Shown in pieces: positions 11,487-21,182 of a stretch of 64,000 bases of DNA (positions within the stretch are counted from its first letter, which is position 1; each line of letters starts with the position of its first letter). The DNA lies in assembly GCA_002729125.1 (NCBI GenBank), contig PBTQ01000074.1, forward strand, positions 52,507 through 116,506, in the 5' to 3' direction. The translations under genes were made by a program, and so were the position numbers. Under the pieces are notes generated by a model. The model ran no database searches. It was not told the origin of the DNA and saw only the letters and a list, made by a program, of their open reading frames with translations. Source of the DNA: Acidimicrobiaceae bacterium. Lineage in GTDB: Bacteria; Actinomycetota; Acidimicrobiia; Acidimicrobiales; Aldehydirespiratoraceae.

Positions 11487-11972
11487 TCAGAGCATGCGCT
11501 GCATGACGGTAACGTCGAGCCAGCGCCCGAACTTGCGGCCGACCTCTTGTTGCACCCCGACGACCTCGAACCCGCAGGCTTGGTGCAGGGCAACTGATGC
11601 GCCCTCTGTATCGGAGATGTGGGCGATGACGGTGTGGAAGCCGCGGGCTTTGGCCATCACGACGGTCTCATTGAGGAGCGCTTTGCCGACACCGAGACCA
11701 CGAGCGCCCGCGTCGACATAGACACTGTTCTCGACGGTGGTGTTGTACGCCGGCCGGTTTCGGTACGGCGATAGCGACGAGAATCCGACGATTCGCCCAT
11801 CGACCTCGGCGACGAGGACGCCGAGGGCGCCTTCACGATCACGGATCCAGGCCCGCTGCTCGTCGACGGTGCGCGGCACGAGGTCGAACGTTGTGGTCGA
11901 GGTTTCGACTTCGTGGTTGTAGATCCGGCGCAGTTCCTCCGCGTCGTCGATGGTCGCGTGGCGGATGTCCAT
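11487..11972 (-). CDS. GNAT N-acetyltransferase, phosphinothricin-acetyltransferase-like
   Basis: The architecture IYNHEVETSTTTFD...RGLGVGKALL...GFHTVIAHI...ASVALHQACGFEVVG is typical of the PAT/MddA subgroup. Confidence 0.85.
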   Translation of the reverse strand: MDIRHATIDDAEELRRIYNHEVETSTTTFDLVPRTVDEQRAWIRDREGALGVLVAEVDGRIVGFSSLSPYRNRPAYNTTVENSVYVDAGARGLGVGKALLNETVVMAKARGFHTVIAHISDTEGASVALHQACGFEVVGVQQEVGRKFGRWLDVTVMQRML

Positions 11973-12002
11973 CCGGCCGAATCTACGTGGTTGGATGAGG
12001 AC

Positions 12003-12371
12003 ATGGCTCGAAATGTGCTGGGTAGCGAACTGACCGAGTGCGGACGTGATCCGATTACCGGCTTTTTTCGCGACGGTTGCTGCAACACGTCGCTGGACGA
12101 TGTCGGTTCACACACCGTGTGCGCCACCGTTACTTCCGAGTTCCTTGAGTACTCGAAAGCAGCCGGGAACGACTTGTCGACACCTCGACCTGAGTACGGG
12201 TTCGTTGGGCTGAAACCAGGCGACGGGTGGTGTGTGTGCGCCGCCCGCTGGTTGCAGGCGGCCGAGGCAGGCTATCCGTGCCCGGTGCGGCTGGCGGCAA
12301 CCCACGAGCGGGCGCTCGACGTCGTGCCGCTCGAGTTGTTGCGTACACACGCGTCCGACAGCGACAACTGA
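12003..12371 (+). CDS. DUF2237 family protein
   Basis: Cys-rich pattern CGRDPITGFFRDGCC...HTVCA...GDGWCVCAARW. ATG 12003 sits behind GAGGA. The track ORF starts earlier, at 11913. Confidence 0.7.
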   Translation: MARNVLGSELTECGRDPITGFFRDGCCNTSLDDVGSHTVCATVTSEFLEYSKAAGNDLSTPRPEYGFVGLKPGDGWCVCAARWLQAAEAGYPCPVRLAATHERALDVVPLELLRTHASDSDN

Positions 12372-12420
12372 GTCAGTGCGCGATGCTCTGCGCGGTTGCG
12401 TACTCGTCCGAGGAGATGAC

Positions 12421-13626
12421 ATGACCACCGCCGGATTCGATTCCCAGCGCCTTGCTCGGGTGTCGACACTTGTGGATCGCTATGTCGCCGAGGGCAAGCT
12501 CGCTGGCGCGCAGGTCCAGGTCTCCCACCGGGGTGAGGTGGCGTTGCGCCACACGGTGGGCCGTGCTGACGTGGCATCGGATCGCCCACTCGGCGACGAC
12601 GCGATCTATCGCATCTATTCCATGACAAAGCCGATCACCTCGATCGCCTTGATGCAGCTCTATGAGCAGGGACGAGTGCTGCTTGAGGATCCAGTGTCGG
12701 CGTACATCCCCGAGTTCGCCGAGATGCAGGTGTTCACCGGCGGCACCCCGACCGCGCCGAAGGTCCGCCCGGCGCAGACCGTGATGACGGTGAAGGATGT
12801 GCTCACCCATGCGTCGGGTCTGACCTACGGGTTCTTCTTCCAAAACAACCTTGACGCGATGTACCGGGAGGACGGACTCGGCAATTTTGAGCCTCCTGAC
12901 TACACGCTGGAAGAGGGCATGAGGCGCCTAGCCGCCAAACCGCTCGCCTTCGACCCCGGTACGGCGTGGAACTATTCGATGTCGACCGACGTGTGCGGTC
13001 GACTCGTTGAGGTGGTCTCGGGGCTGGGACTCGACGAGTACTTTGCCGAGCACATCACCGGCCCGCTCGGCATGGCCGACACGGCCTTTCATGTTCCGCT
13101 CGACAGGGCCCACCGGTTCACGTCGAACTACCAATTGACACCCGAGGATCCGTTGGCGACCCTTGACTTCTTCGACGCCAGCCCGTACCTCTCGCCGCCG
13201 GTCTTCTTGTCGGGCGGCGGTGGCCTGGTTGGCACCGTCGACGATTACCAGCGCTTCGTCAACATGTTGCTCAACGGCGGCGAACTCGACAATCGGCGGA
13301 TTATCGGCCGCAAGACGCTCGAGTACATGACGATCAACCACCTACCCGAGGGCAAGACGCTCAACGAACTCGGCCAGTCGCTGTTCTCCGAGGCGGTGAT
13401 GGAAGGTATGGGCTTCGGCCTCGGCTTCTCCACCCTCGTCGACCCGGCCCGCAACGGTGCGGTCAGCTCTGGCGGCGAATTTGCCTGGGGCGGTGCTGCC
13501 AGCACGGCGTTTTGGGTCGACCCAGCCGAGGAGATCACCTGCGTGTTCATGACGCAGCTGATGCCGAGTAGCTCTTACCCGCTCCGTCGGGAGCTGAAGG
13601 CCACCGTCTACCAGGCGCTGCGCTGA
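12421..13626 (+). CDS. Serine hydrolase, beta-lactamase / esterase family
   Basis: SMTKP (SxxK) motif with class-C-like length. ATG 12421 follows GAGGAG. The upstream part of the track ORF is an out-of-context extension. Confidence 0.85.
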   Translation: MTTAGFDSQRLARVSTLVDRYVAEGKLAGAQVQVSHRGEVALRHTVGRADVASDRPLGDDAIYRIYSMTKPITSIALMQLYEQGRVLLEDPVSAYIPEFAEMQVFTGGTPTAPKVRPAQTVMTVKDVLTHASGLTYGFFFQNNLDAMYREDGLGNFEPPDYTLEEGMRRLAAKPLAFDPGTAWNYSMSTDVCGRLVEVVSGLGLDEYFAEHITGPLGMADTAFHVPLDRAHRFTSNYQLTPEDPLATLDFFDASPYLSPPVFLSGGGGLVGTVDDYQRFVNMLLNGGELDNRRIIGRKTLEYMTINHLPEGKTLNELGQSLFSEAVMEGMGFGLGFSTLVDPARNGAVSSGGEFAWGGAASTAFWVDPAEEITCVFMTQLMPSSSYPLRRELKATVYQALR

Positions 13627-13650
13627 CGCAGCCGGGCCATCACCGGCCGT

Positions 13651-15585
13651 TTACCGCAGATCGAACTTTTTGAAGTCGGGTGCTCTCGTCCACGACTGGT
13701 AGACGTGCAACGGCCACGGGCTGAGGGTGTGGACGTCGCCCTTGGCGTTCTTGTAATGGGTGTTCTTCACCGCCCAGTGGCTCCACACCATCTGGCCGAT
13801 CTCGTCTCGGTAGTCGGCGACGTAGGTGTCGTAGGCGTCGGTGGTCGGCTCGATCGAGGTGAGGTCGTCGGCGATGAGCTTGTCGATGCACTGCATGATG
13901 TAGGCGATCTGGCACTCGCTGTGGAAGATCAGCGATCCACCGCTGGCGAGGTTCGTGCCCGGGCCGTACATGCAGAACAGGTTCGGGAACCCCGGCATGG
14001 TGATGCCGAGGTAGGCGGCCGGTTCGTCGCCCCAGAACGCTCGCAAGGTCTGGCCGTTGCGCCCGGTGATCTCCATCGGCCACAGGAAATCGTTGTGGCG
14101 AAACCCGGTGGCGTAACAGATGACGTCGGTTTCGTGGAGTACCCCGTCGATCGTGCGGATTCCGCTGGCTTCGATGCGCTCGATACCGGTGCGGATCAAA
14201 TCGACACTGTCCTTCTTGAGACAGCCGAGCCACGAGCCGTTGTCCTGGAGCGTGCGTTTGCCTGTAGCGGGGTATTCGGGCGTGATCTTCGCAAGGAGGT
14301 CGGGGTCGTCGCCGATCTGTTCGGCCATGAAGCCAAGGAAAAAGTCTCGCGTCGACTTGTTGCGTTGGCTGACGGCGAGACCGTCGGAGTCGTCCCAGTC
14401 GGGATCGATGCGCGGGCCGCTGAGGTCGACGCCTGCGCCGGGCCACAAGATCAGGAATCGGAACCAACGACCGAAGTAGGGGAGGTGGCGGATCGCCCAC
14501 TTCATGCCGTCGGGCACCGGTTCGTGGTAGTTGGGATTCGGGAACATCCACTGGGCAGTTCGCTGGAAAACGCTCAGCTGCTCGACCTGATCGGCGATCG
14601 TCGGGGCGATCTGGAAGCCGGTGGCGCCCGCGCCGACGAGAGCGAACCGCGTGCCGGTAATGTCGACCGAGTGGTCCCACCGGATCGAATGGAACGACGG
14701 ACCGTCGAAGTCGTCAATGCCGGGGATGTCGGGAAGTTTCGGACGGTTGAGTGAGCCGACAGCGGAGATGACGGCGCGGGCTGGGAGTTCGTCGACCGTG
14801 CCATCGGCCGCTCGAACGCGAACCGTCCAGGCGCCCGCCGCCTCGTCGTAGGTCGCAGCCTCAACCTCGGTCTCGAACCGACAGTGTTCGCCGATGCCGT
14901 ACTTGTGCATCACGCCGACGAAGTAGTCCCGCAGCTCGGCGTGCTGGGAGAAGTACTCGGTCCAATGGTCGGCCGGTTCGAATGAGTAGCAGTAGAAGTG
15001 ACTACCCACGTCGACGCGGGCGCCGGGGTAGGAGTTCTCCCACCAGGTGCCGCCGGGGCCGGCGTTCTTGTCGATGATCGTGAAGGGGATACCGGCCTCA
15101 CGGAGGCGAACGCCGGCGAGCAGGCCCGATTGCCCGCATCCGATGACCACGACGGGGAACTCGCCGTGTGCGACCGGGGGCGCCTCCGACGAAGGCACCC
15201 CCTCGGCGGCCAGGTTCAACTCGCTGAGCATCATCGGCACGGTGTCGTCGGGGATCTCGGCGCAGCCGATGAAGGCCATCATCTCCTGCACCAGCTCGGC
15301 TGACGGCGGGGGTGGCAGCTCGCCGCCAGAATCGCGGAAGGCCAGGATGTGGGGGAGGGCTCGGGCCCGGGCCTCCGCCTGTGCCTCCGGCGACATGAAG
15401 CCGTCGTAGATGTTGAGGAACAGGCCCTGCGGCTTGATCTCCTCGTCGCGGATCCACGATGGGTCACCGGTGATGTGCACCATGGCGCACAGCAGCGTCG
15501 GAACGCCCACGTCATCGAGGAGCCGGGCGATGGTCTCGTCGTCATCGGTGATCGGTGTGCGGCCGTACAGGTCAGGTGTGCTCAC
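13651..15585 (-). CDS. FAD/NADPH Baeyer-Villiger (flavin-containing) monooxygenase with an N-terminal extension
   Basis: GCGQSG dinucleotide fold, GGTWWENSYPG, BVMO fingerprint FDGPSFHSIRWDH and a second GAGATG fold. The roughly 140-aa N-terminal extension resembles HAPMO-type enzymes. Confidence 0.85.
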   Translation of the reverse strand: MSTPDLYGRTPITDDDETIARLLDDVGVPTLLCAMVHITGDPSWIRDEEIKPQGLFLNIYDGFMSPEAQAEARARALPHILAFRDSGGELPPPPSAELVQEMMAFIGCAEIPDDTVPMMLSELNLAAEGVPSSEAPPVAHGEFPVVVIGCGQSGLLAGVRLREAGIPFTIIDKNAGPGGTWWENSYPGARVDVGSHFYCYSFEPADHWTEYFSQHAELRDYFVGVMHKYGIGEHCRFETEVEAATYDEAAGAWTVRVRAADGTVDELPARAVISAVGSLNRPKLPDIPGIDDFDGPSFHSIRWDHSVDITGTRFALVGAGATGFQIAPTIADQVEQLSVFQRTAQWMFPNPNYHEPVPDGMKWAIRHLPYFGRWFRFLILWPGAGVDLSGPRIDPDWDDSDGLAVSQRNKSTRDFFLGFMAEQIGDDPDLLAKITPEYPATGKRTLQDNGSWLGCLKKDSVDLIRTGIERIEASGIRTIDGVLHETDVICYATGFRHNDFLWPMEITGRNGQTLRAFWGDEPAAYLGITMPGFPNLFCMYGPGTNLASGGSLIFHSECQIAYIMQCIDKLIADDLTSIEPTTDAYDTYVADYRDEIGQMVWSHWAVKNTHYKNAKGDVHTLSPWPLHVYQSWTRAPDFKKFDLR

Positions 15586-15709
15586 GACGACGATGCTCGC
15601 GTCACCGCCGGCGGGTCACCAAGTTGCTCCTGACCGGACGTGATGGCGCGTCCGGACGCGATGGCATGCCCGCGCCGGTCGTGTTCCGTTGGATCTCGGT
15701 GGTTTGCGG

Positions 15710-16861
15710 TCAGTGCGCGCCGGCGACGTGACGGACAGCGAGGCGGTAGCGAGTGTCGGGCCCGTCGTGCTCGATGTAGCAGCCCTGCAGATGCCGGTGA
15801 CCCGAGGTCGGGTCGAATGCCGTGCGGGCGTGCAGCACCCGATGGTTGTCCATGAAGATCAGATCGCCTCGGCCGAGGCGGAAGGCGGCCTGGTGGGTAG
15901 GGTCGTCCATCCACGCGGCCAACCACCGGCGGCCGGCGTACCAGGCGTCGAGATCGGCACCGTCAGCCGGTACCGGGAAGTCAAGCTTGGTGTTGAAGCG
16001 GAGCTGATGGAACCGGCCGGCCGAGTCGAGTTGGACCACCGGGCGTCGATCGATCGCCACATCGGTACCTATGTCGTAGCGAAAGTCGACCTCAATGGTG
16101 GCGAGCGTCTCGTGGAGGTCGGGTCGCTCGCGACGCATTGCCTCGGTAGCCGCAAGACCATCGACGAGTACCGAATCACCGCCCTCTGCCTCGTTCGCGA
16201 GGCAGTGCAGCAGTTGGAGGCCGGGCTGAACCTTGCGGTAGGGCTGGTCGGTGTGGGGCTTCAGCCCGATCGCGGTGTACGCAAGATCAGTCGGCTGCGG
16301 TTCGTTGCGAACGTCGAACACCCAGCCGAAGTTGTTGCCGGCGACGTAGCCGATGTGGTTCCCAACCTCGGCGACCGTACCCCCGGTCGTCGGCGTATCG
16401 CGAATGATGACGAAGCCGTGCCGGGCGAAGTTGCTAAGGAAGTCGACGGTGGCTGCGGCGACGGCGGGTTCGTCGAGGCCACCGGCGATCGCCGGCCATG
16501 AGACGGTGGGGAACGGAGCAGCTCCGGGTTCCCAGGCGATGGGAGTGGGCGGAGCCTCTGGATCGGCGATCCAGCCGAGCCGTTGCATAAGCACGGCGAC
16601 CGACAGCCGGCAGCGATGGCCGTCGGAAAAGGCCACGGTGAGCGCGTCGCCGTCGAGTTCGGCGTCGACGGCCACCAGCCCGGACTCGACGTCGAGCGGG
16701 GTGAACAGCCGCTGACGGTTGGTCGCCTCGATCTGGCCAGGCTCGGTCGACTGTTCCCGCAGCCACTGGGGGTGGAGGCGGGTCGTCCGGTCACCGAAGC
16801 GCGCCTCGACGTGGCCGTCGGTGGCCACGGAAGCCGACGATGAGTAATCAAGCAGTGTCAT
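15710..16861 (-). CDS. Fe(II)/2-oxoglutarate dioxygenase, gamma-butyrobetaine-hydroxylase-like (DUF971 + TauD fold)
   Basis: N-terminal DUF971-like domain (LHPQWLREQS...). HTD facial-triad motif in KPHTDQPY, and the distal His in NHRVLHAR. Confidence 0.8.
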   Translation of the reverse strand: MTLLDYSSSASVATDGHVEARFGDRTTRLHPQWLREQSTEPGQIEATNRQRLFTPLDVESGLVAVDAELDGDALTVAFSDGHRCRLSVAVLMQRLGWIADPEAPPTPIAWEPGAAPFPTVSWPAIAGGLDEPAVAAATVDFLSNFARHGFVIIRDTPTTGGTVAEVGNHIGYVAGNNFGWVFDVRNEPQPTDLAYTAIGLKPHTDQPYRKVQPGLQLLHCLANEAEGGDSVLVDGLAATEAMRRERPDLHETLATIEVDFRYDIGTDVAIDRRPVVQLDSAGRFHQLRFNTKLDFPVPADGADLDAWYAGRRWLAAWMDDPTHQAAFRLGRGDLIFMDNHRVLHARTAFDPTSGHRHLQGCYIEHDGPDTRYRLAVRHVAGAH

Positions 16862-16931
16862 GCCATAACTTTGACGTCAGCGCGCCCCCTGTTACAGCCC
16901 CTTTCCCGTCAGTCTGGCATAACCTCAATGC

Positions 16932-17834
16932 ATGGCACGTTTGGTGACGCAGAAGGTCGGTCGGCTCCACCGCCTTGCCGTGTTCGACGCCGCCGCCCGC
17001 CTCGGCGGCTTCTCGGCGGCCGCCCGCGAGCTCGGCATGACTCAACCAGCGGTCACCCGACAGATCCGGGCCCTCGAGCGCAGTTTGGGTCGGGACCTTT
17101 TCACCCGTACCGCGAATCGCAGCGAGCTGACCGATGCCGGTCAGTCCCTCCACAGCCATGTCGCCGCCGGACTCGATCGGATCGACGCGGGCGTTCGCGA
17201 GTTCACCAACGACAGCGGTGCGTTCGTGCTTGCCACTCATCCCGGTGTCGCCCAGCTCTGGCTCGTTCCCCGACTCGAGTCGCTGAGCGCAGCCCTGCAT
17301 CCGCTCGACGTGCGGATGTGGTTCTTCGAACGCAGCGCCGACATCGAGGCAGGTGGATTCGATGCTTCCATTCGAGTTGGCGATGGCAACTTTCCCGACC
17401 ACCACGCTGAATTGCTCTTTCGTGAACGGGTCGTGCCGGTGTGCTCCCCGGCGTTCGCCGCTGAGCACGGACTCCATGCCGAGAGCACGCCGGCGGAGAT
17501 TTGCGAGGTGCCGTTCGTCAACATGGACGACGGCGATACGCCGTGGATGGCGTGGGCCGACTGGCTTGCGGCGGGTGGAGTCGAGCGGCATCGCCAGCCC
17601 GGGCGAGTCCTGTTGCCGAACTATCCGATGGTCGTCCAGCAGGCGCTGATCGGCCGAGGCGTTGCGCTCGGATGGCGCGGGCTCATTGACGAGTTGGTCG
17701 ACGGCGGCGCCCTCACCGTCGTCGGTCCCGAGATCACCTCTGCGCGCGGGTACTACGTCGTTTGGCCGAAGGATCGTCGATCGGTTGAGACCGATGCTTT
17801 GGTCGCTTGGCTCCGCGCCGAGGCCGCGAGCTGA
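16932..17834 (+). CDS. LysR-family transcriptional regulator
   Basis: N-terminal HTH (LHRLAVFDAAARLGGFSAAARELGMTQPAVTRQIRALE). Divergent from the dioxygenase/BVMO pair. Confidence 0.85.
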   Translation: MARLVTQKVGRLHRLAVFDAAARLGGFSAAARELGMTQPAVTRQIRALERSLGRDLFTRTANRSELTDAGQSLHSHVAAGLDRIDAGVREFTNDSGAFVLATHPGVAQLWLVPRLESLSAALHPLDVRMWFFERSADIEAGGFDASIRVGDGNFPDHHAELLFRERVVPVCSPAFAAEHGLHAESTPAEICEVPFVNMDDGDTPWMAWADWLAAGGVERHRQPGRVLLPNYPMVVQQALIGRGVALGWRGLIDELVDGGALTVVGPEITSARGYYVVWPKDRRSVETDALVAWLRAEAAS

Positions 17835-17870
17835 CCGACCTTGCTGGTCTGCCCGCTACCCTCACGACCG

Positions 17871-18161
17871 ATGCACGAGAGTGATCAGCCGGCCAGGGAA
17901 CCCGACGAATTCGACACCACGCCGGCCGACGGCGAGGTCGTCGTCGGCACCGAGTCCGCCGAACCTGAACCCGACCCAGTGGCGCGTGCCGCCGAGGCCG
18001 AACTCGACGGACTGAACGACGCCTTCGACACTGTCGACGCCGCGCTCAAGGCGCTGGATTCGGACGATCTTGATCACGCCGAAGCGCTCGTTGCATCGCT
18101 GGGGGACCCGAGCGCCGTAACTACTGACGACGCCGAACCCGAGTCATCCAGCGAGGCCTGA
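17871..18161 (+). CDS. Acidic hypothetical protein
   Basis: Asp/Glu-rich ORF whose stop lies 1 nt before the ABC1 kinase ATG. The start is uncertain (TTG 17841 or ATG 17871). No motif recognised. Confidence 0.35.
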   Translation: MHESDQPAREPDEFDTTPADGEVVVGTESAEPEPDPVARAAEAELDGLNDAFDTVDAALKALDSDDLDHAEALVASLGDPSAVTTDDAEPESSSEA

Positions 18162-18162
18162 C

Positions 18163-19680
18163 ATGCGGCCCCTGATGCGCGCACTTTCCCGAATCCTGAT
18201 CGTGGGCGGTCTCCTCACGGCGGCCGCCGCCGTGCGCCAACGCCGCACCATGCCTGCGCCCGACGATGCGCCGATCGCCTCGACCGGGCGCGGGGCCCGT
18301 AGCGCAGTGATGGTCCGCCTCGCCGCCCGCCGAGCTGCGGACCGCACCTGGACCAAGGCCCGTCAGCGGCTCGCCGACGACGAGGGCCGGCGTCGGATGC
18401 AGGCAGAGCTCGAACGCCGTGAGGCTAACGACGTCGTCGACGCCCTTGGGTACATGAAGGGCGGGATGATGAAGCTCGGCCAGATGGCGAGCTACCTCGA
18501 CGAGGGCATGCCCGAGCCGATGCGCGAAGCGCTGGCGGGGCTCCGCAGCGATGCACCCCCAATGACCGGCGATCTCGCGCTGAGCGAAATCGAAGCCGGG
18601 CTCGGGCGACCCCTGCACGAACTGTTCGATCACATCGAAGCAGAGCCGATTGCGTCCGCATCGATTGGCCAAGTCCACAAGGCCCGCACCCTCGAGGGGA
18701 ACGACGTCGCCGTGAAGGTGCAGTACCCCGGCATCGCCGACGCCATTGCGGCCGACATGGACAACTCCGAGACGCTCGCAACGATGCTCAGCATGATCTT
18801 CCCGGGGCTCGACCCGGTCGAACTGGTCGAGGAACTCCGCGACCGAATCAATGAGGAACTCGACTACGAGAACGAAGCAGCCAACGTCCGGCTCTTCGCC
18901 GACTACTACCGGGGCCACCCAGCGATCTGGATTCCCGACGTGATCGACGATCTCTCGTGCGGCAACGTGCTCACCACCGAGTTCGTGCACGGCGAACGCT
19001 TTGAGAAAATCTACGAACGGTCGCAGGAAGAACGAGACCGGGTCGCCGAGACGCTCTATCGCTTCGTTTTCCGCAGCCTGAATCGGCAGTACGCGTTCAA
19101 CGGCGACCCTCACCCCGGCAACTACCTCCTCGCCGATGACGGGCGGGTCGCCTTTATCGACTTCGGCTTGGTGAAGCACTTCAAGGCCGACGAGGTCGAG
19201 CAGTTCACCCGTTTGATCCGGGCCATGCTCGATCGTGAAGCCAGCGAGTTTCGTCGTGTCGCCGAAGAGGTCGACGTGCTGCGTCCGAATGCCCCGTTTA
19301 CCGACGACGAGATCTACGAGTGGTTCACGGCGTACTACGAACTGATCCTGACCGACGAGCCGATCACCGTCACTTCCGAGTACAGCGGCAAGCTCCTCTA
19401 CAAGACCTTCGATGCCCGCACGAACGAGATCCTGAAGCACGCCAACGTGCCGCCGACCTTCGCACTCATCCAGCGCATCAACCTCGGACTGTTCTCGCTG
19501 ATGGGCAGGCTCAAACCGACCGCCAACTGGCGTCGCATCAGCGAAGAGCTGTGGGTCTGGACCGAAGGCGAACCATCGACGCCGCTGGGCGAGGCCGAAG
19601 CGGCCTGGGTCGCAAGCGGTGTGAGTAATGCGGCCGAGACCCACGCCCGCCTTGCGGCCTGGACGGCCGAGGCGAGCTAA
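18163..19680 (+). CDS. ABC1/UbiB-family atypical kinase
   Basis: [11 protein letters not shown]...VAVKVQYPG and [12 protein letters not shown]...IDFG motifs. Confidence 0.85.
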   Translation: MRPLMRALSRILIVGGLLTAAAAVRQRRTMPAPDDAPIASTGRGARSAVMVRLAARRAADRTWTKARQRLADDEGRRRMQAELERREANDVVDALGYMKGGMMKLGQMASYLDEGMPEPMREALAGLRSDAPPMTGDLALSEIEAGLGRPLHELFDHIEAEPIASASIGQVHKARTLEGNDVAVKVQYPGIADAIAADMDNSETLATMLSMIFPGLDPVELVEELRDRINEELDYENEAANVRLFADYYRGHPAIWIPDVIDDLSCGNVLTTEFVHGERFEKIYERSQEERDRVAETLYRFVFRSLNRQYAFNGDPHPGNYLLADDGRVAFIDFGLVKHFKADEVEQFTRLIRAMLDREASEFRRVAEEVDVLRPNAPFTDDEIYEWFTAYYELILTDEPITVTSEYSGKLLYKTFDARTNEILKHANVPPTFALIQRINLGLFSLMGRLKPTANWRRISEELWVWTEGEPSTPLGEAEAAWVASGVSNAAETHARLAAWTAEAS

Positions 19681-20249
19681 TCAGCCAGTTCGCTCGGGGG
19701 CAGGGCGTTGAGTCGGTCGCTCACTGCCATGAGGTAGCCGGTGGCTCGTTCGTGGAGTGGGTATCGCTGCACGATGCGGTCGAACTCGGGCCCGTGATGA
19801 GGTACGACCAGGTGGGCGAGTTCGTGGATGATCACCGAGTCGAGCACCCACGGCGGTACGTCGATGAGACGGTCGGAGATGCGGATGTCGCCGCTGCCCA
19901 CGGTGCATGACCCCCAGCGCTGTCGCTGCACCTTCGACCAGGTGATCGATGAGGCGTACGGCAGGCCGTAGTCGTCGGAGAGCGTGCGGCTGCGGGCGTC
20001 GAGATCGATTGCGTTGGAGCGTCGCTCGCGCTCGATGCGTTCGACGACGTCGTCGACAAAGCGGGCCTCGTCCTCTGCGGTCATCCAGGACGGGATGCGG
20101 ACGCGGATCACGCCGTCGACGATGCGGGCCGAGACGGTCTTGTTGCGCCGGTCGGATCGGATGACTTCGACGGGGTAGCGCGACGACGAACGCCGCCGGG
20201 CGTGCACCGGGTGGGTTGGGTCGTGGCGGTGAGCGTTGGCGCTGGTCAT
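19677..20249 (-). CDS. YgjP-like (DUF45) M48-family metallopeptidase
   Basis: WGSC...IRIS and HELAHLVVPHHGPEF motifs. The ATG at 20249 overlaps the stop of the upstream phosphatase (ATGA). Confidence 0.75.
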   Translation of the reverse strand: MTSANAHRHDPTHPVHARRRSSSRYPVEVIRSDRRNKTVSARIVDGVIRVRIPSWMTAEDEARFVDDVVERIERERRSNAIDLDARSRTLSDDYGLPYASSITWSKVQRQRWGSCTVGSGDIRISDRLIDVPPWVLDSVIIHELAHLVVPHHGPEFDRIVQRYPLHERATGYLMAVSDRLNALPPSELAD

Positions 20250-20845
20250 CAGACGATGTCCTGGTTGTCGATGGTGGCGTCGTTGGGGGCGAGCAGCAGG
20301 CGCTCGCCGAGTCGCCACGTTGATCCGTCGTGGTGAAGCCAGCGAGCCCCGAGGTTGGCGATGCGTTCGTGGGCAAGGCCGAAGTGGCCTTCGAGGGTGT
20401 AGATGATGCCGCCGTGGCTCACGGCGAGGACGTCGCCGTGGCCGCCGGTGGCGGCGAGGATGTCGTCGAGCGCCGCCAGGACTCGGACGAGCACGGCTTC
20501 GTCGTCCTCCCAGCTGGGCGGCCAGGCGCCCAGGTCGAGCATGCCGGGGAACTGTGCATCGATCTCCGCTCGCGTGAGACCGGAGAACTCACCGGCGTCT
20601 CGTTCTTTCAGACGAGGATCGACGATCACAGGACCGACACCGAGTGTGCTGGAGATGATCGTGGCGGTGTGAAGCGCCCGCTCGAGGTCGCTCGCGAAGA
20701 TGGCGTCAAAGGCGCCTGCCTGGTTCGCGGCACCGCGGGCTTGAGCACGGCCGAGCTCGGAGAGCGGTGGGTCGGCCTGGCCCTGCCAGCGCCCGACCGC
20801 GTTCCACTCCGATTGGCCATGCCGGGCGAGGAGGAGATTCAGCAT
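20249..20845 (-). CDS. Histidine phosphatase (phosphoglycerate-mutase superfamily)
   Basis: LLLARHGQSEWN (RHG motif) plus SDL and a distal H. The start is taken at ATG 20845. The longer track ORF adds an implausible Ser/Pro-rich leader. Confidence 0.85.
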   Translation of the reverse strand: MLNLLLARHGQSEWNAVGRWQGQADPPLSELGRAQARGAANQAGAFDAIFASDLERALHTATIISSTLGVGPVIVDPRLKERDAGEFSGLTRAEIDAQFPGMLDLGAWPPSWEDDEAVLVRVLAALDDILAATGGHGDVLAVSHGGIIYTLEGHFGLAHERIANLGARWLHHDGSTWRLGERLLLAPNDATIDNQDIV

Positions 20846-20921
20846 GTGGCGCTGACCGTAACCAGGCCCGCTGACGGTGTGGGGGGATGCTCCCCTGTGG
20901 AAATCCGGGCATGCTGGAGGC

Positions 20922-21158
20922 ATGGCTCGACTTCGCTTGTTCGCCTCCGCCCGTGAAGCTGCCGGCACGGCCAATGCCGAGTTCGTCGGCGCCACCGTCG
21001 GCGAGGTGCTCGGTGCTGCGGTGGCCGAGTTCGGCGACGAATTCGCAGGTGTGCTCGGTACCTGCAATGTGTGGGTCAACGGTGATCAGACCGACTGGGA
21101 TCATGCCGTGGGCGAGAGCGACGAGGTCGCCGTCCTCCCCCCGGTTTCGGGCGGCTGA
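20922..21158 (+). CDS. MoaD/ThiS-family ubiquitin-like sulfur carrier
   Basis: 78 aa with a beta-grasp-type sequence, ending in ...VAVLPPVSGG directly before the stop. GGAGG lies upstream of ATG 20922. Confidence 0.7.
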   Translation: MARLRLFASAREAAGTANAEFVGATVGEVLGAAVAEFGDEFAGVLGTCNVWVNGDQTDWDHAVGESDEVAVLPPVSGG

Positions 21159-21182
21159 GCATCGACCGGTAAGCTGCGCGCC

